A model generated the notes under the pieces. That model was not told the origin of the DNA. It did no database searches and saw only the letters and a program-made list of their open reading frames with translations. Shown here piece after piece: positions 10,482 to 19,212 of a stretch of DNA of 40,388 nucleotides. The DNA is from Actinomycetes bacterium (GTDB taxonomy: Bacteria; Actinomycetota; Actinomycetes; S36-B12), in the NCBI GenBank assembly GCA_965662415.1, contig CBFIHB010000001.1:1-40388 (forward strand), read 5' to 3'. Numbering within the stretch: the stretch's first letter is position 1; every line of letters starts with the position of its first letter. A program made the position numbers and the translations under genes.

Positions 10482-12788
10482 CTAGGCGTTGGCGCTCTCC
10501 TGGTCGCCGACCGCGATCGGACGGCGCTTGGAGATGACCACGGCGACGATGACCACGGCTGCCGCGGCGATCGCAATGCCCCAGCGGACGGCCGTGTTGG
10601 CACCATCGCCGATGCTCAAGGTCACAACCGCAGGCGCAACGAGCAGCGCCACCAGGTTCATCACCTTGATCAGCGGGTTGATGGCCGGGCCGGCGGTGTC
10701 CTTGAACGGGTCACCGACGGTGTCACCGATCACTGTTGCCGAGTGGGCCTCGGAGTTCTTGCCGCCGAAGTGTCCATCCTCGACGAACTTCTTGGCGTTA
10801 TCCCAGGCGCCACCGGAGTTGGACAAGAACACGGCCATCAGCACGCCCGTGGCAATGGTGCCCGCGAGGTAGGCGCCCAGGGCACCGACGCCGAGGCCGA
10901 AGCCCACAGCGATCGGGGTGAGCACCGCCAGCAAGCCGGGGGTGACAAGCTCACGCAGTGAATCGCGGGTGACGATGTCCACCACGCGGCCGTACTCGGG
11001 CTTGGTGGTGCCCTCCATGATTCCGGGTATCTCGCGGAACTGACGACGCACCTCGAAGATGACTGCACCGGCTGCGCGCGAGACGGCGTTGATGGCCAGC
11101 CCCGAGAAGAGGAAGACCACAGCGGCACCGATGACGAGGCCAACCAGGTTCGAGGGATTGGCGACGTCGAGCACGCCGTAGTACTGGATGTTTTCGCCGA
11201 TCTCGCCGATTGACCCACCGATTGCAGCCGAGGTCTTTTCCGCAGCGCCGAACACGGCTTCGCGGAAGGCACCGAACAGCGCTGTTGCCGCAAGGACTGC
11301 GGTGGCGATCGCGATGCCCTTGGTGATGGCCTTCGTGGAGTTGCCAACGGCGTCCAGCTTGGTGAGCACCTCGGCGCCCTCGCCATCGACATCGCCGGAC
11401 ATCTCAGCGATGCCCTGCGCGTTGTCCGAGACCGGACCGAAGGTGTCCATGGAGACGATGACACCCACTGTGGTGAGCAGGCCGGTTCCGGCCAGGGCGA
11501 TTGCGAACAGGCTCAACAGGATCGTGCCCGCGCCCAGCAAGAACGCGCCGTACACGGCGGCGCCGATAACCAAGGCGGTGTAGACGGCCGACTCCAGACC
11601 CAGGGAGATGCCGGACAAGATGACCGTCGCGGGTCCGGTGAGCGACGTCTTTGCGACGTCGTCGACCGGGCGTCGGTTGGTCTCGGTGAAGTACGCGGTG
11701 AGTTGCTGGATGACCGCGGCGAGCAAGATGCCGATGAACACCGCTCCGATCACGAACCACTGCGGGCTCAAGGAATCGCCTACCTCGGTAGCAGCGATGC
11801 CCCCGAGACTCTCGATTTCGCTCCAACTGCTCGGCACCCACACGAAAACGGCGGCGATGACGAGAATCGCGGAAATAACGGCGGAGATGAAGAACCCGCG
11901 GTTGATCGAGGACATGCCCGAGCGGTCCGTGGGCCGCGGGGAGACGGTGAAGATGCCGATCACGGCGGTGATCACTCCGATAGCCGGGATGATCAACGGC
12001 AGCACCAGGCCGAGTTCGCCGAAGGCCGCGCTGCCGAGGATGAGTGCGGCGACGAGGACAACGGCGTAGGACTCGAACAGGTCCGCTGCCATGCCAGCGC
12101 AGTCGCCGACGTTGTCGCCGACGGTATCCGCGATGGTCGCGGCGTTGCGCGGATCGTCTTCCGGGATGTTCTGCTCGACCTTGCCAACGAGGTCCGCGCC
12201 GACATCCGCCGCCTTGGTGAAGATGCCGCCACCGACACGCATGAACATGGCGAGGAGCGCTGCACCGAAGCCGAAGCCTTCTAGGACCTTGGGGGCCTCG
12301 CCCGCGTAGACGAGGACCACAAGCGCGGCGCCGAACAGACCCAGGCCGACAGTGAACATGCCGGCTACACCGCCGGTGCGGAAAGCAATCCGCATCGCTC
12401 GCTGCTCACCGGACTCCTTGGCCGCGGCCGCAACGCGCACATTGCCTCGGACCGCGAGCCACATGCCCATGTAGCCGGTGATGCCGGAGAAGACCGCGCC
12501 TACCAGGAAGAAGATGCTGCGCCCGATCCGCTCGCTATTGGTCTCCGCAGGAAGTAGGAATAGTAGGAAGAAGACGACAACCGCGAAGATCGACAGCGTC
12601 TTGAACTGGCGGTTCAAGTAGGCGGCGGCGCCCTCCTGGACGGCGGCACCGATCTCCTTCATCCGCTCCGTGCCTTCGCTGGCGGCAAGGACTTCGCGCA
12701 CGAGGACCCCGGCTACCGCGAGGGCAGCAAGGGCGATGACGGCAACTATCACCACGAGAACGACGTTGTTCCCGGTCAACTCGATCAT
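10482..12788 (-). CDS. hppA: K+-insensitive H+-translocating membrane pyrophosphatase
   Basis: Polytopic membrane protein with GGAWDNAKKFVEDG and GNSTKAITKG. The Lys in the GNxTKA position is the K+-independent signature. I chose the ATG at 12788 (MIELTGNN) because AGGAGAAA precedes it; the ORF track starts at 12821. Confidence 0.93.
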   Translation of the reverse strand: MIELTGNNVVLVVIVAVIALAALAVAGVLVREVLAASEGTERMKEIGAAVQEGAAAYLNRQFKTLSIFAVVVFFLLFLLPAETNSERIGRSIFFLVGAVFSGITGYMGMWLAVRGNVRVAAAAKESGEQRAMRIAFRTGGVAGMFTVGLGLFGAALVVLVYAGEAPKVLEGFGFGAALLAMFMRVGGGIFTKAADVGADLVGKVEQNIPEDDPRNAATIADTVGDNVGDCAGMAADLFESYAVVLVAALILGSAAFGELGLVLPLIIPAIGVITAVIGIFTVSPRPTDRSGMSSINRGFFISAVISAILVIAAVFVWVPSSWSEIESLGGIAATEVGDSLSPQWFVIGAVFIGILLAAVIQQLTAYFTETNRRPVDDVAKTSLTGPATVILSGISLGLESAVYTALVIGAAVYGAFLLGAGTILLSLFAIALAGTGLLTTVGVIVSMDTFGPVSDNAQGIAEMSGDVDGEGAEVLTKLDAVGNSTKAITKGIAIATAVLAATALFGAFREAVFGAAEKTSAAIGGSIGEIGENIQYYGVLDVANPSNLVGLVIGAAVVFLFSGLAINAVSRAAGAVIFEVRRQFREIPGIMEGTTKPEYGRVVDIVTRDSLRELVTPGLLAVLTPIAVGFGLGVGALGAYLAGTIATGVLMAVFLSNSGGAWDNAKKFVEDGHFGGKNSEAHSATVIGDTVGDPFKDTAGPAINPLIKVMNLVALLVAPAVVTLSIGDGANTAVRWGIAIAAAAVVIVAVVISKRRPIAVGDQESANA

Positions 12789-12972
12789 GTTTCTCCTAGG
12801 TCTCGGCAGCGGCCGGACCAATGCCCCGTACTCGACCTAGCATCGGCGCCCGCCTCGCGATCCGGCGCAGTCTACGCAAGTCAGCACGGTGAGGGTGTTC
12901 GGGTTACGCACTTACCTGCGCGCCCCTAAGTGGCGTGCGCCACACCTTCGGAAGCGGTCACGACCCCAGCCG

Positions 12973-13314
12973 CTAGTCGAGAGCCTCTGCGAGCGTCTCG
13001 TGGAGTGGAATGAGCGCATCCAATCCGGTGAGGGTGAACACCTTCTTTACCCGTGGCGAGGTGATGACCAGTGCGAGCGATCCGTCCGATTCGCGCAGAT
13101 GCTTCAAGGCCGTGACGAATACCCCCAGGCCCGTGGAGTCCAAGAAGGTGACCTCGGTCAGATCGACCACGATTCGCGCGCCGGGTTCGGTCACCTCACG
13201 GAGAGTCTCGCTCAGTGCGGGTGCAGCATGGGCATCGATTTCACCGCTGACGCTGATCACGGCGACGCCGTCACGTACTTCCCTGTCGATACCGAAGGAC
13301 CCAGCTGCGTTCAC
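12973..13314 (-). CDS. STAS-domain anti-sigma-factor antagonist
   Basis: The C-terminal 113 aa read VAVISVSGEIDAHAAPALSETL...VVDLTEVTFLDSTGLGVF...LTGLD, a classic SpoIIAA/RsbV-like STAS domain. Start is uncertain: GTG at 13314 or GTG at 13332. The 222-aa track ORF is an over-extension. Confidence 0.75.
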   Translation of the reverse strand: MNAAGSFGIDREVRDGVAVISVSGEIDAHAAPALSETLREVTEPGARIVVDLTEVTFLDSTGLGVFVTALKHLRESDGSLALVITSPRVKKVFTLTGLDALIPLHETLAEALD

Positions 13315-13352
13315 AGCAGCACTGTGGCACACCTGAGCCGCACAATGAGCCA

Positions 13353-15644
13353 GTGTCCGTGAACTCGCCAGCTCTCGCTGCGCTCGCCGCCTGGCAAGAA
13401 CAGCGTCCGGAGTCGATCGCCGAAGTGCTTTCGATACCCGCCCGACAGGGTGAGACGACCTCATGGCCTTCGTGGATCCCTGACGAGGCGGTAGATCGAT
13501 GGGTAAGCAGGGGTATCGATCGCCCCTGGCTCCACCAGACGGTGGCAGCCGAGTACGCGCGCGGCGGACAGCACGTGGCGTTGGCGACCGGCACGGCTTC
13601 CGGCAAATCGCTTGCCTTCGCGATGCCCATCGTCGCGGCAATCACGGAGGGTGGATCCTCGCCGTTGGCTGATCCGTGCGCGCTGTACCTGGCACCGACG
13701 AAGGCCCTGGCCGGCGACCAGCTTCGTTCGTGGCGGGAGCAGGAGCTGCCCGGGGTCCGCGCAGCGATAGTCGACGGGGACACCGATCGGGATGATCGCG
13801 CTTGGGCCCGCAAGCACGCGAATGTGGTGCTCACGAATCCGGACATGCTGCATTACTCGTTGCTGCCCGGACACGAACGTTGGTCGCGGCTGCTGCGCAA
13901 CCTGCACTTCATCGTGATCGACGAAGCGCACGCCTATCGAGGGGTGTTCGGCGCACACGTCGCGTGGGTGATTCGCAGGCTTCGACGTCTGGCCGACCAC
14001 TACCGCAGTTCGCCAATCGTCATCGCAGCATCGGCTACCACTGGATCCCCTGAGCGTTCTATCGCCAACCTGATCGGTGCTCCGATCGTCGCGGTCACGG
14101 CCGATTCCTCACCTTCACCCGAACGCACGGTGGTGCTTTGGCAACCGTCGCCAACTCCGGAAATCCCAGAACCGTCGGCAGCGCGCGATGCAGCCTTCCT
14201 CACTTCCTCCGCGGTGGCGTCGGGCAGTCAAGTCCTTACTTTCCTTCGAAGTCGGCGGGCTACGGAGTACGTGGCTGATCTGGTGCGTCGACAAACCAAT
14301 GACGACGAATCCAGCATCGCCGCTTACCGAGGCGGCTATCTCGCCGAGGAGCGCCGGGAACTGGAATCGGGGCTGAGATCGGGGACTATCCGCGCTCTGG
14401 CCACCACCAACGCTTTGGAATTGGGTATCGACATCGCGGGAGTGGACATCGTCATCACCACCGGCTGGCCGGGGACCCGGGCCTCTTTGTGGCAGCAGTT
14501 CGGTCGCGCTGGTCGAGCCGATGCGCCGTGCGCTTCGGTGTTCATCGCTCGCGAAGATCCCTTGGACACCTTCATCATCGAGAACCCCCAAGCACTCACG
14601 GATGCACCCATGGAGGAAACGGTCTTCGACACCACGAACCCGCACATCCTCAGACCGCATCTGTGTGCGGCTGCCGCCGAGTTGCCAATAACCGACCTCA
14701 CTGGCGGATGGTTCCCCGATACGACCGAGAGTGTGCTTGGTGAACTGACAGATACCGGGCTGCTGCGCCAACGCCCGAACGGCTGGTACTGGACGTCGAC
14801 CAGCCGGGCACACGATCTGACCGATCTGCGCGGCACCGGGGAGACCGTGCGCATCGTCGAAGCAGGCACCGGCCGTCTGCTGGGAACGATCGACGCAGCC
14901 GCATCGCATCGCCATGTCCACGACGGCGCGGTCTACGTGCATCAAGGGGTGACCCATATTGTGGATCGACTCGATCTAGCCGATTCGGTGGCGATCGTGA
15001 CGCAAGAGAATGTCGACTACACGACATTCGCTCGCGACATCAGCGACATCCGTATCACTTCGATCGAACGTGTGTGGCCTGGTCCGGGTGTCACTATGCA
15101 TACGGGCACCGTGGAGGTCAGCTCGCAAACGGTCGGCTATGAGCGCCGCGGGCTCGATGGAACAGCCCTAGGAGTGATCGAGTTGGACCTGCCACCGAGA
15201 GTGCTCACCACGCAGGCGGTGTGGTGGACTCTCGACTCAGACTTGATCGAGCGCTCCGGTCTGGACGATCTCGCCGGTGCGGTCCACGCAGCCGAGCACG
15301 CAGCGATCGGCCTGCTTCCCTTGTTCGCATCGTGCGACCGCTGGGATATCGGCGGGGTGTCGACCGAACACCATCCCGATACCAGTGCAACCACGATATT
15401 CGTCTACGACGGAGTCCCCGGGGGTGCTGGCTTCACAGCTAGGGGCGCACAGGTGTCGATGGACTGGATCGGTGCAACCGCCGCAGCAGTTCGAGGTTGC
15501 CGATGCGAAAACGGCTGCCCCGGGTGCATCCAATCTCCTAAGTGCGGCAACGGCAATGATCCGCTGGACAAGAAGGGAGCCATCACCGTGCTCGAGGCGA
15601 TCCACACGGCAGCATCCACGCGACCCACTACCGACGATCAGTAA
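13353..15644 (+). CDS. DEAH-box helicase with C-terminal MrfA/DUF1998 Zn-ribbon (helicase/secretion-neighborhood helicase)
   Basis: Motif I ATGTASGKSLAF, motif II VIDEAHAY, and a C-terminal Cys cluster CRCENGCPGCIQSPKCGNGN. Same family as B. subtilis YprA/MrfA and M. tuberculosis Rv3649 (from memory). Confidence 0.9.
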   Translation: MSVNSPALAALAAWQEQRPESIAEVLSIPARQGETTSWPSWIPDEAVDRWVSRGIDRPWLHQTVAAEYARGGQHVALATGTASGKSLAFAMPIVAAITEGGSSPLADPCALYLAPTKALAGDQLRSWREQELPGVRAAIVDGDTDRDDRAWARKHANVVLTNPDMLHYSLLPGHERWSRLLRNLHFIVIDEAHAYRGVFGAHVAWVIRRLRRLADHYRSSPIVIAASATTGSPERSIANLIGAPIVAVTADSSPSPERTVVLWQPSPTPEIPEPSAARDAAFLTSSAVASGSQVLTFLRSRRATEYVADLVRRQTNDDESSIAAYRGGYLAEERRELESGLRSGTIRALATTNALELGIDIAGVDIVITTGWPGTRASLWQQFGRAGRADAPCASVFIAREDPLDTFIIENPQALTDAPMEETVFDTTNPHILRPHLCAAAAELPITDLTGGWFPDTTESVLGELTDTGLLRQRPNGWYWTSTSRAHDLTDLRGTGETVRIVEAGTGRLLGTIDAAASHRHVHDGAVYVHQGVTHIVDRLDLADSVAIVTQENVDYTTFARDISDIRITSIERVWPGPGVTMHTGTVEVSSQTVGYERRGLDGTALGVIELDLPPRVLTTQAVWWTLDSDLIERSGLDDLAGAVHAAEHAAIGLLPLFASCDRWDIGGVSTEHHPDTSATTIFVYDGVPGGAGFTARGAQVSMDWIGATAAAVRGCRCENGCPGCIQSPKCGNGNDPLDKKGAITVLEAIHTAASTRPTTDDQ

Positions 15645-15976
15645 CCGGCTCGTGCGCTCGCTTTGATGACGTCCGCGGTGCTCCACCTCGACAACGTGGT
15701 TGGGCTGGGGAGCGCGACCTCGACTGTCACATCTATCTCGTGCCACACACAACCATTCAGCTGCGCGCCATAGGAATCGGCGATCGAAGCAGCTGCCGCG
15801 CAACTTCCCTGCCGCGCCGCGGCCACTGCTGCGAGATCGGCCACCATGGAAGCCTGTGCGTGGGTACCGACCCAGTGAGCAGTGGCTGTCGTCGCAGCGA
15901 TGAAGGTCACAAGTCCGGTAAGGATCGCCAGCGCGAAGACAGTGGCGAACCCGTCCTCGGATTTCATCCTTCTCAT
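15638..15976 (-). CDS. TadE-like pseudopilin (helicase/secretion-neighborhood TadE-like protein)
   Basis: 112 aa from the ATG at 15976 (ATGA overlap with the upstream stop). Short charged N-terminus MRRMKSEDG followed by the hydrophobic helix FATVFALAILTGLVTFIAA. Its stop overlaps the helicase stop by 7 nt. Confidence 0.7.
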   Translation of the reverse strand: MRRMKSEDGFATVFALAILTGLVTFIAATTATAHWVGTHAQASMVADLAAVAAARQGSCAAAASIADSYGAQLNGCVWHEIDVTVEVALPSPTTLSRWSTADVIKASARAGY

Positions 15977-16362
15977 GGACCTACTCCCGTCTCCCACGGG
16001 ACGAGCGCCTGCCGCTGCATAGGGACTGCAAGTCCCGACAGCAACGGACCGAGCAAAGTGACTTCGCGGCGCACCGTCACCGTCACACCCTGGGGGGAGG
16101 GCGCGACGGTGACGGTGGTTCGCGGATGCGCCGTCTCGACGGACATGCGCACCGCATCCGGCGGGACACCACGGGCAATGTCCCGCGCGGCTGTGTGAAC
16201 GGCGTCTTGCAGACCTAGCGCTGAAAGCGCCACAAAGACCATCGACATTGCGATGAGCGCGACCACAGCAATGATCGGAATGGCGAAGGCGCTCTCTGCG
16301 ATCACGTAACCGCGATCGGAACGAGGTCCACGCTTCACGATCTGCAATTCCGGCCGTGTCAT
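15973..16362 (-). CDS. TadE-family minor pilin-like protein
   Basis: 129 aa from the ATG at 16362. It has ...SDRG/YVIAESAFAIPIIAVVALIAM, a G/xxxxE prepilin-type motif followed by a TM helix. Confidence 0.72.
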   Translation of the reverse strand: MTRPELQIVKRGPRSDRGYVIAESAFAIPIIAVVALIAMSMVFVALSALGLQDAVHTAARDIARGVPPDAVRMSVETAHPRTTVTVAPSPQGVTVTVRREVTLLGPLLSGLAVPMQRQALVPWETGVGP

Positions 16363-16382
16363 GGGATCGGCGATTCCGTCGA

Positions 16383-16601
16383 TCAGGCGCCGAGCATTGC
16401 CGAGAAGGCGCCTTGCACCACGGTCCAAATCAAATCCCGGACAGCCTCGCTCGTCAGCAACTTGATGAGCACGCCGCCCAGTCCAGCGACGGCAACGGTG
16501 CCTACTGCGTACTCGGCAGTAGTGAGACCTTGATCGTCCTTCAACCGACCTAGCACACCGGTGTCGGTCTTCACCTCTTCTTCGATAACTGTGGTGGACA
16601 T
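16383..16601 (-). CDS. Flp-type pilin (DUF4244-like)
   Basis: 72 aa from the ATG at 16601, preceded by AAAGAGG. The Flp motif is DDQG/LTTAEYAVGT followed by the hydrophobic VAVAGLGGVLIKLL. The 148-aa track ORF is an over-extension. Confidence 0.8.
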   Translation of the reverse strand: MSTTVIEEEVKTDTGVLGRLKDDQGLTTAEYAVGTVAVAGLGGVLIKLLTSEAVRDLIWTVVQGAFSAMLGA

Positions 16602-16753
16602 GTTCCCTACCTCTTTCGTTTCGCGGCGGCTATCGACCCTCGAAGCGCCCGACATAACGCTCGCTGTTCTCAAGAACAAGCGGCAGGGGTCGGTTGGAGC
16701 CTGGGGGAACGCCGCACGCCACCTGTGGACGACGGACCGAGCGATCACCCTCG

Positions 16754-17362
16754 CTAGGACAAGAGCGCTGTCGCGAAGCCGGCGATAACCGGCACCACTC
16801 CGACCAGAAGAAACGCTGGTAAGAAGCACAGAGCTAATGGCGCAACCGCACGCACTCCGGCTGAGCGCGCGGCAACCTCCACCTGTGCACGATGCGCGTG
16901 ACGCATGTCGACCGCTGCGGCATCCAAGACGATGCTGATCGTCGCCCCGGTCTGCGCGGACCGAATCACGGCACTGGCGATCGGCGCCAGGGCTTCATCA
17001 TCGAGCAACGGCGCCCAGGCAAGCGTCTGCGGTGCACCCAAGGCGACGGAGGCGCGAACCGCTTCCAATCGCGATTTCAGTGGTTCGTCGACCGTCGCAC
17101 TGACCACTGTCAAGGCATCGTGCACACTCGCTCCAGCTGAAATCGCCGCGCTCATCAGATCCGCTAAGACTGGCGCCTGCGCTGACAAGCCAAGGCGCGT
17201 TCGCTCTCGTTGAGCGCGGGTGCGACGTGCTTGCGCTGGGGAGATGCTGTCGGTGTGTGCTCGACCGTTGCTTCGGAGCAGAGCGTGAAGTCGGCTTGCC
17301 GCTCGGGAGCCGAGGAATACCCATACCGACGCGGCTACGAAGCAGGCAGCAAGAAGCCCCAT
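16754..17362 (-). CDS. type II secretion system F-family membrane protein, TadC-like
   Basis: 202 aa with N- and C-terminal TM helices flanking a soluble helical domain. GAGGTG SD overlaps the upstream stop. Position matches tadC in Tad operons. Confidence 0.75.
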   Translation of the reverse strand: MGLLAACFVAASVWVFLGSRAASRLHALLRSNGRAHTDSISPAQARRTRAQRERTRLGLSAQAPVLADLMSAAISAGASVHDALTVVSATVDEPLKSRLEAVRASVALGAPQTLAWAPLLDDEALAPIASAVIRSAQTGATISIVLDAAAVDMRHAHRAQVEVAARSAGVRAVAPLALCFLPAFLLVGVVPVIAGFATALLS

Positions 17363-17368
17363 GACACC

Positions 17369-18076
17369 TCACCCTTGATTTAATGCCTGATCCACACGCC
17401 CGACTATGTGGCGAGACCACACCACCCCGATCCCGGTGAGTCCGGCTGCAGTAGCGAGCACGCTGGCTCCGATCGGTGAGCCGAAGAACCATCCGATCGG
17501 ATCAGCGCCGAGGAGATAGCCCAGGGTGATCCCGATGACCGGAAGCAGACTCAGCATGCGAGATGTAGCGCGCGGGGCCGCCAACTCACTACTCAGAACG
17601 TCTCTGAGTTCGAATTGAGCTTGGACCGAAAGGGAGAGCCGATCTATCGAGGACGCCAGACCGGAACCATGCGCGACCCCGACGCTCCAACATGCTGCGA
17701 GCTGGCGAAGTTGCTGAGCGAGTTTGGGGTTGTCTCGGGCATCCTGACGAAGTCCGCTTTCCACAGCTTCTCCGAAGTGCGAGGCCGCAAGTGCCCGTGG
17801 CCATAACGGTGGCTCCCCGGCCGAGCGTTCGAGTGCGGTCACCGGTGTGCTGCCGGAAGCCAACTCCGCAGCCAGCGCCCGCAGTCCTTGCACGAATCGT
17901 CGTTGTGGCTCAGATCGCCGGTCCCGCCAACCTCGGACCGACAGCCACGTTCGAAGATCGAAATCCTGAGTCCCGCCCGTACCGCCCAAGGCCCGCATCC
18001 GCATAGATCCAGCACTAGGGACCACATGCCACACGGCTAGCGCCACGGCACCCGCGGCGAGAAACTCGATCAACAC
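17369..18076 (-). CDS. type II secretion system F-family membrane protein, TadB-like
   Basis: I chose the GTG at 18076 ([16 protein letters not shown]...) because it forms a GTGTTGA overlap with the ATPase stop. The track start at 18331 lies inside the ATPase gene. Confidence 0.75.
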   Translation of the reverse strand: MLIEFLAAGAVALAVWHVVPSAGSMRMRALGGTGGTQDFDLRTWLSVRGWRDRRSEPQRRFVQGLRALAAELASGSTPVTALERSAGEPPLWPRALAASHFGEAVESGLRQDARDNPKLAQQLRQLAACWSVGVAHGSGLASSIDRLSLSVQAQFELRDVLSSELAAPRATSRMLSLLPVIGITLGYLLGADPIGWFFGSPIGASVLATAAGLTGIGVVWSRHIVGRVDQALNQG

Positions 18077-19212
18077 GCGCTGCGACTCGAAGACGTACTC
18101 CCGAGCAGCCCGGTCAAGGGTTCGGTCACCACGAATCCATTGCGTTCCACGAGCCCATGTATTCCCTCGACTAGACGGGCACCCCCCGGACCGCGCGCGA
18201 TATGCACGACTGCGTCGACAGCGGATGCGAGCAATGCATGCACTGCCGAACGATCCACGCCCGCGGTCAATCCCAGAGCCTCGATGCGCGCTGGCAGATC
18301 CTGGGGCGAATTCGCGTGCACGGTGCCACACCCACCTTCGTGCCCGGTGTTCAACGCCATGAGCAAATCGATCACCTCCGGGCCTCGCACCTCCCCGACC
18401 ACAACGCGATCGGGCCGCATCCGTAGGGACTGACGAACCAGATCACGCATCGTGACCTGACCGGCGCCTTCCACATTCGCTGGCCGGGATTGCAAACGCA
18501 CTACATGCGGGTGGCGCGGTTGTAACTCTGCTGTGTCCTCGACCAGCACGATGCGCTCGTTGTGCGGAACGAGCGCGAGCAGCGCCCCGAGGGCAGTCGT
18601 CTTTCCCGTGCCCGTGCCACCAGTCACCAAGAAGGAAGCTCTTCTTGCGACCAGATCACGCAACACCGCTGCACTTACTTCGTCGACCGTTCCGCGCTCC
18701 TGGAGTTCGTCGAGCGAGAAACCGGTTCGCCTCGGGATCCGGAGCGAAACGCAGGTCCCATCGGTGGATATCGGCGGGATCACGCAGTGCAGGCGTGCAC
18801 CGTCAGGCAGTCTGGCGTCCACGTACGGGCTGGCCTCATCGAGGCGTCGCCCCGCCCAACTCGCTAATCGCACCGCTATTCGTCGCACGTGATCCTCATC
18901 GTGAAACAGCATTCCCCTGCTTTCCAAGCCAGCACCACGATCAGCCCACACCTCACCCGAAGTGGTAACGAGGACATCTGTCACGTCCGGCTCGTTCATC
19001 AGGCCTTCGAGAGGTCCGGCACCCACCAATTCCCGGCGAACCTGACCGACCACCCCCATCAGCGCGGCCTCGTCTAGGACCACTCCCTCGCTTCGCAATG
19101 CCCGCACCACGTTGGCAGGAGACGCATCCCGACCCTCGCTTAGCAGTCGGGTGCGGACGCGATCGGCTACGCCGACCACGGAATCGGATGCCTCGGTCGC
19201 GATCGCGCTCAT
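18070..19212 (-). CDS. TadA/CpaF-type secretion ATPase (helicase/secretion-neighborhood ATPase)
   Basis: Walker [17 protein letters not shown], Walker [12 protein letters not shown], His box [13 protein letters not shown]. The ATG at 19212 makes an ATGA overlap with the CpaE-like stop. The track start at 19566 is an over-extension. Confidence 0.9.
   Translation of the reverse strand: MSAIATEASDSVVGVADRVRTRLLSEGRDASPANVVRALRSEGVVLDEAALMGVVGQVRRELVGAGPLEGLMNEPDVTDVLVTTSGEVWADRGAGLESRGMLFHDEDHVRRIAVRLASWAGRRLDEASPYVDARLPDGARLHCVIPPISTDGTCVSLRIPRRTGFSLDELQERGTVDEVSAAVLRDLVARRASFLVTGGTGTGKTTALGALLALVPHNERIVLVEDTAELQPRHPHVVRLQSRPANVEGAGQVTMRDLVRQSLRMRPDRVVVGEVRGPEVIDLLMALNTGHEGGCGTVHANSPQDLPARIEALGLTAGVDRSAVHALLASAVDAVVHIARGPGGARLVEGIHGLVERNGFVVTEPLTGLLGSTSSSRSAC

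Noticed and set aside
16665-16678. TGTTC-N4-GAACA palindrome upstream of flp as a LexA (Cheo-type) SOS box.
   Set aside because: The Gram-positive/actinobacterial SOS box is GAAC-N4-GTTC. This site has the opposite half-site order (GTTC-N4-GAAC), which is not equivalent.
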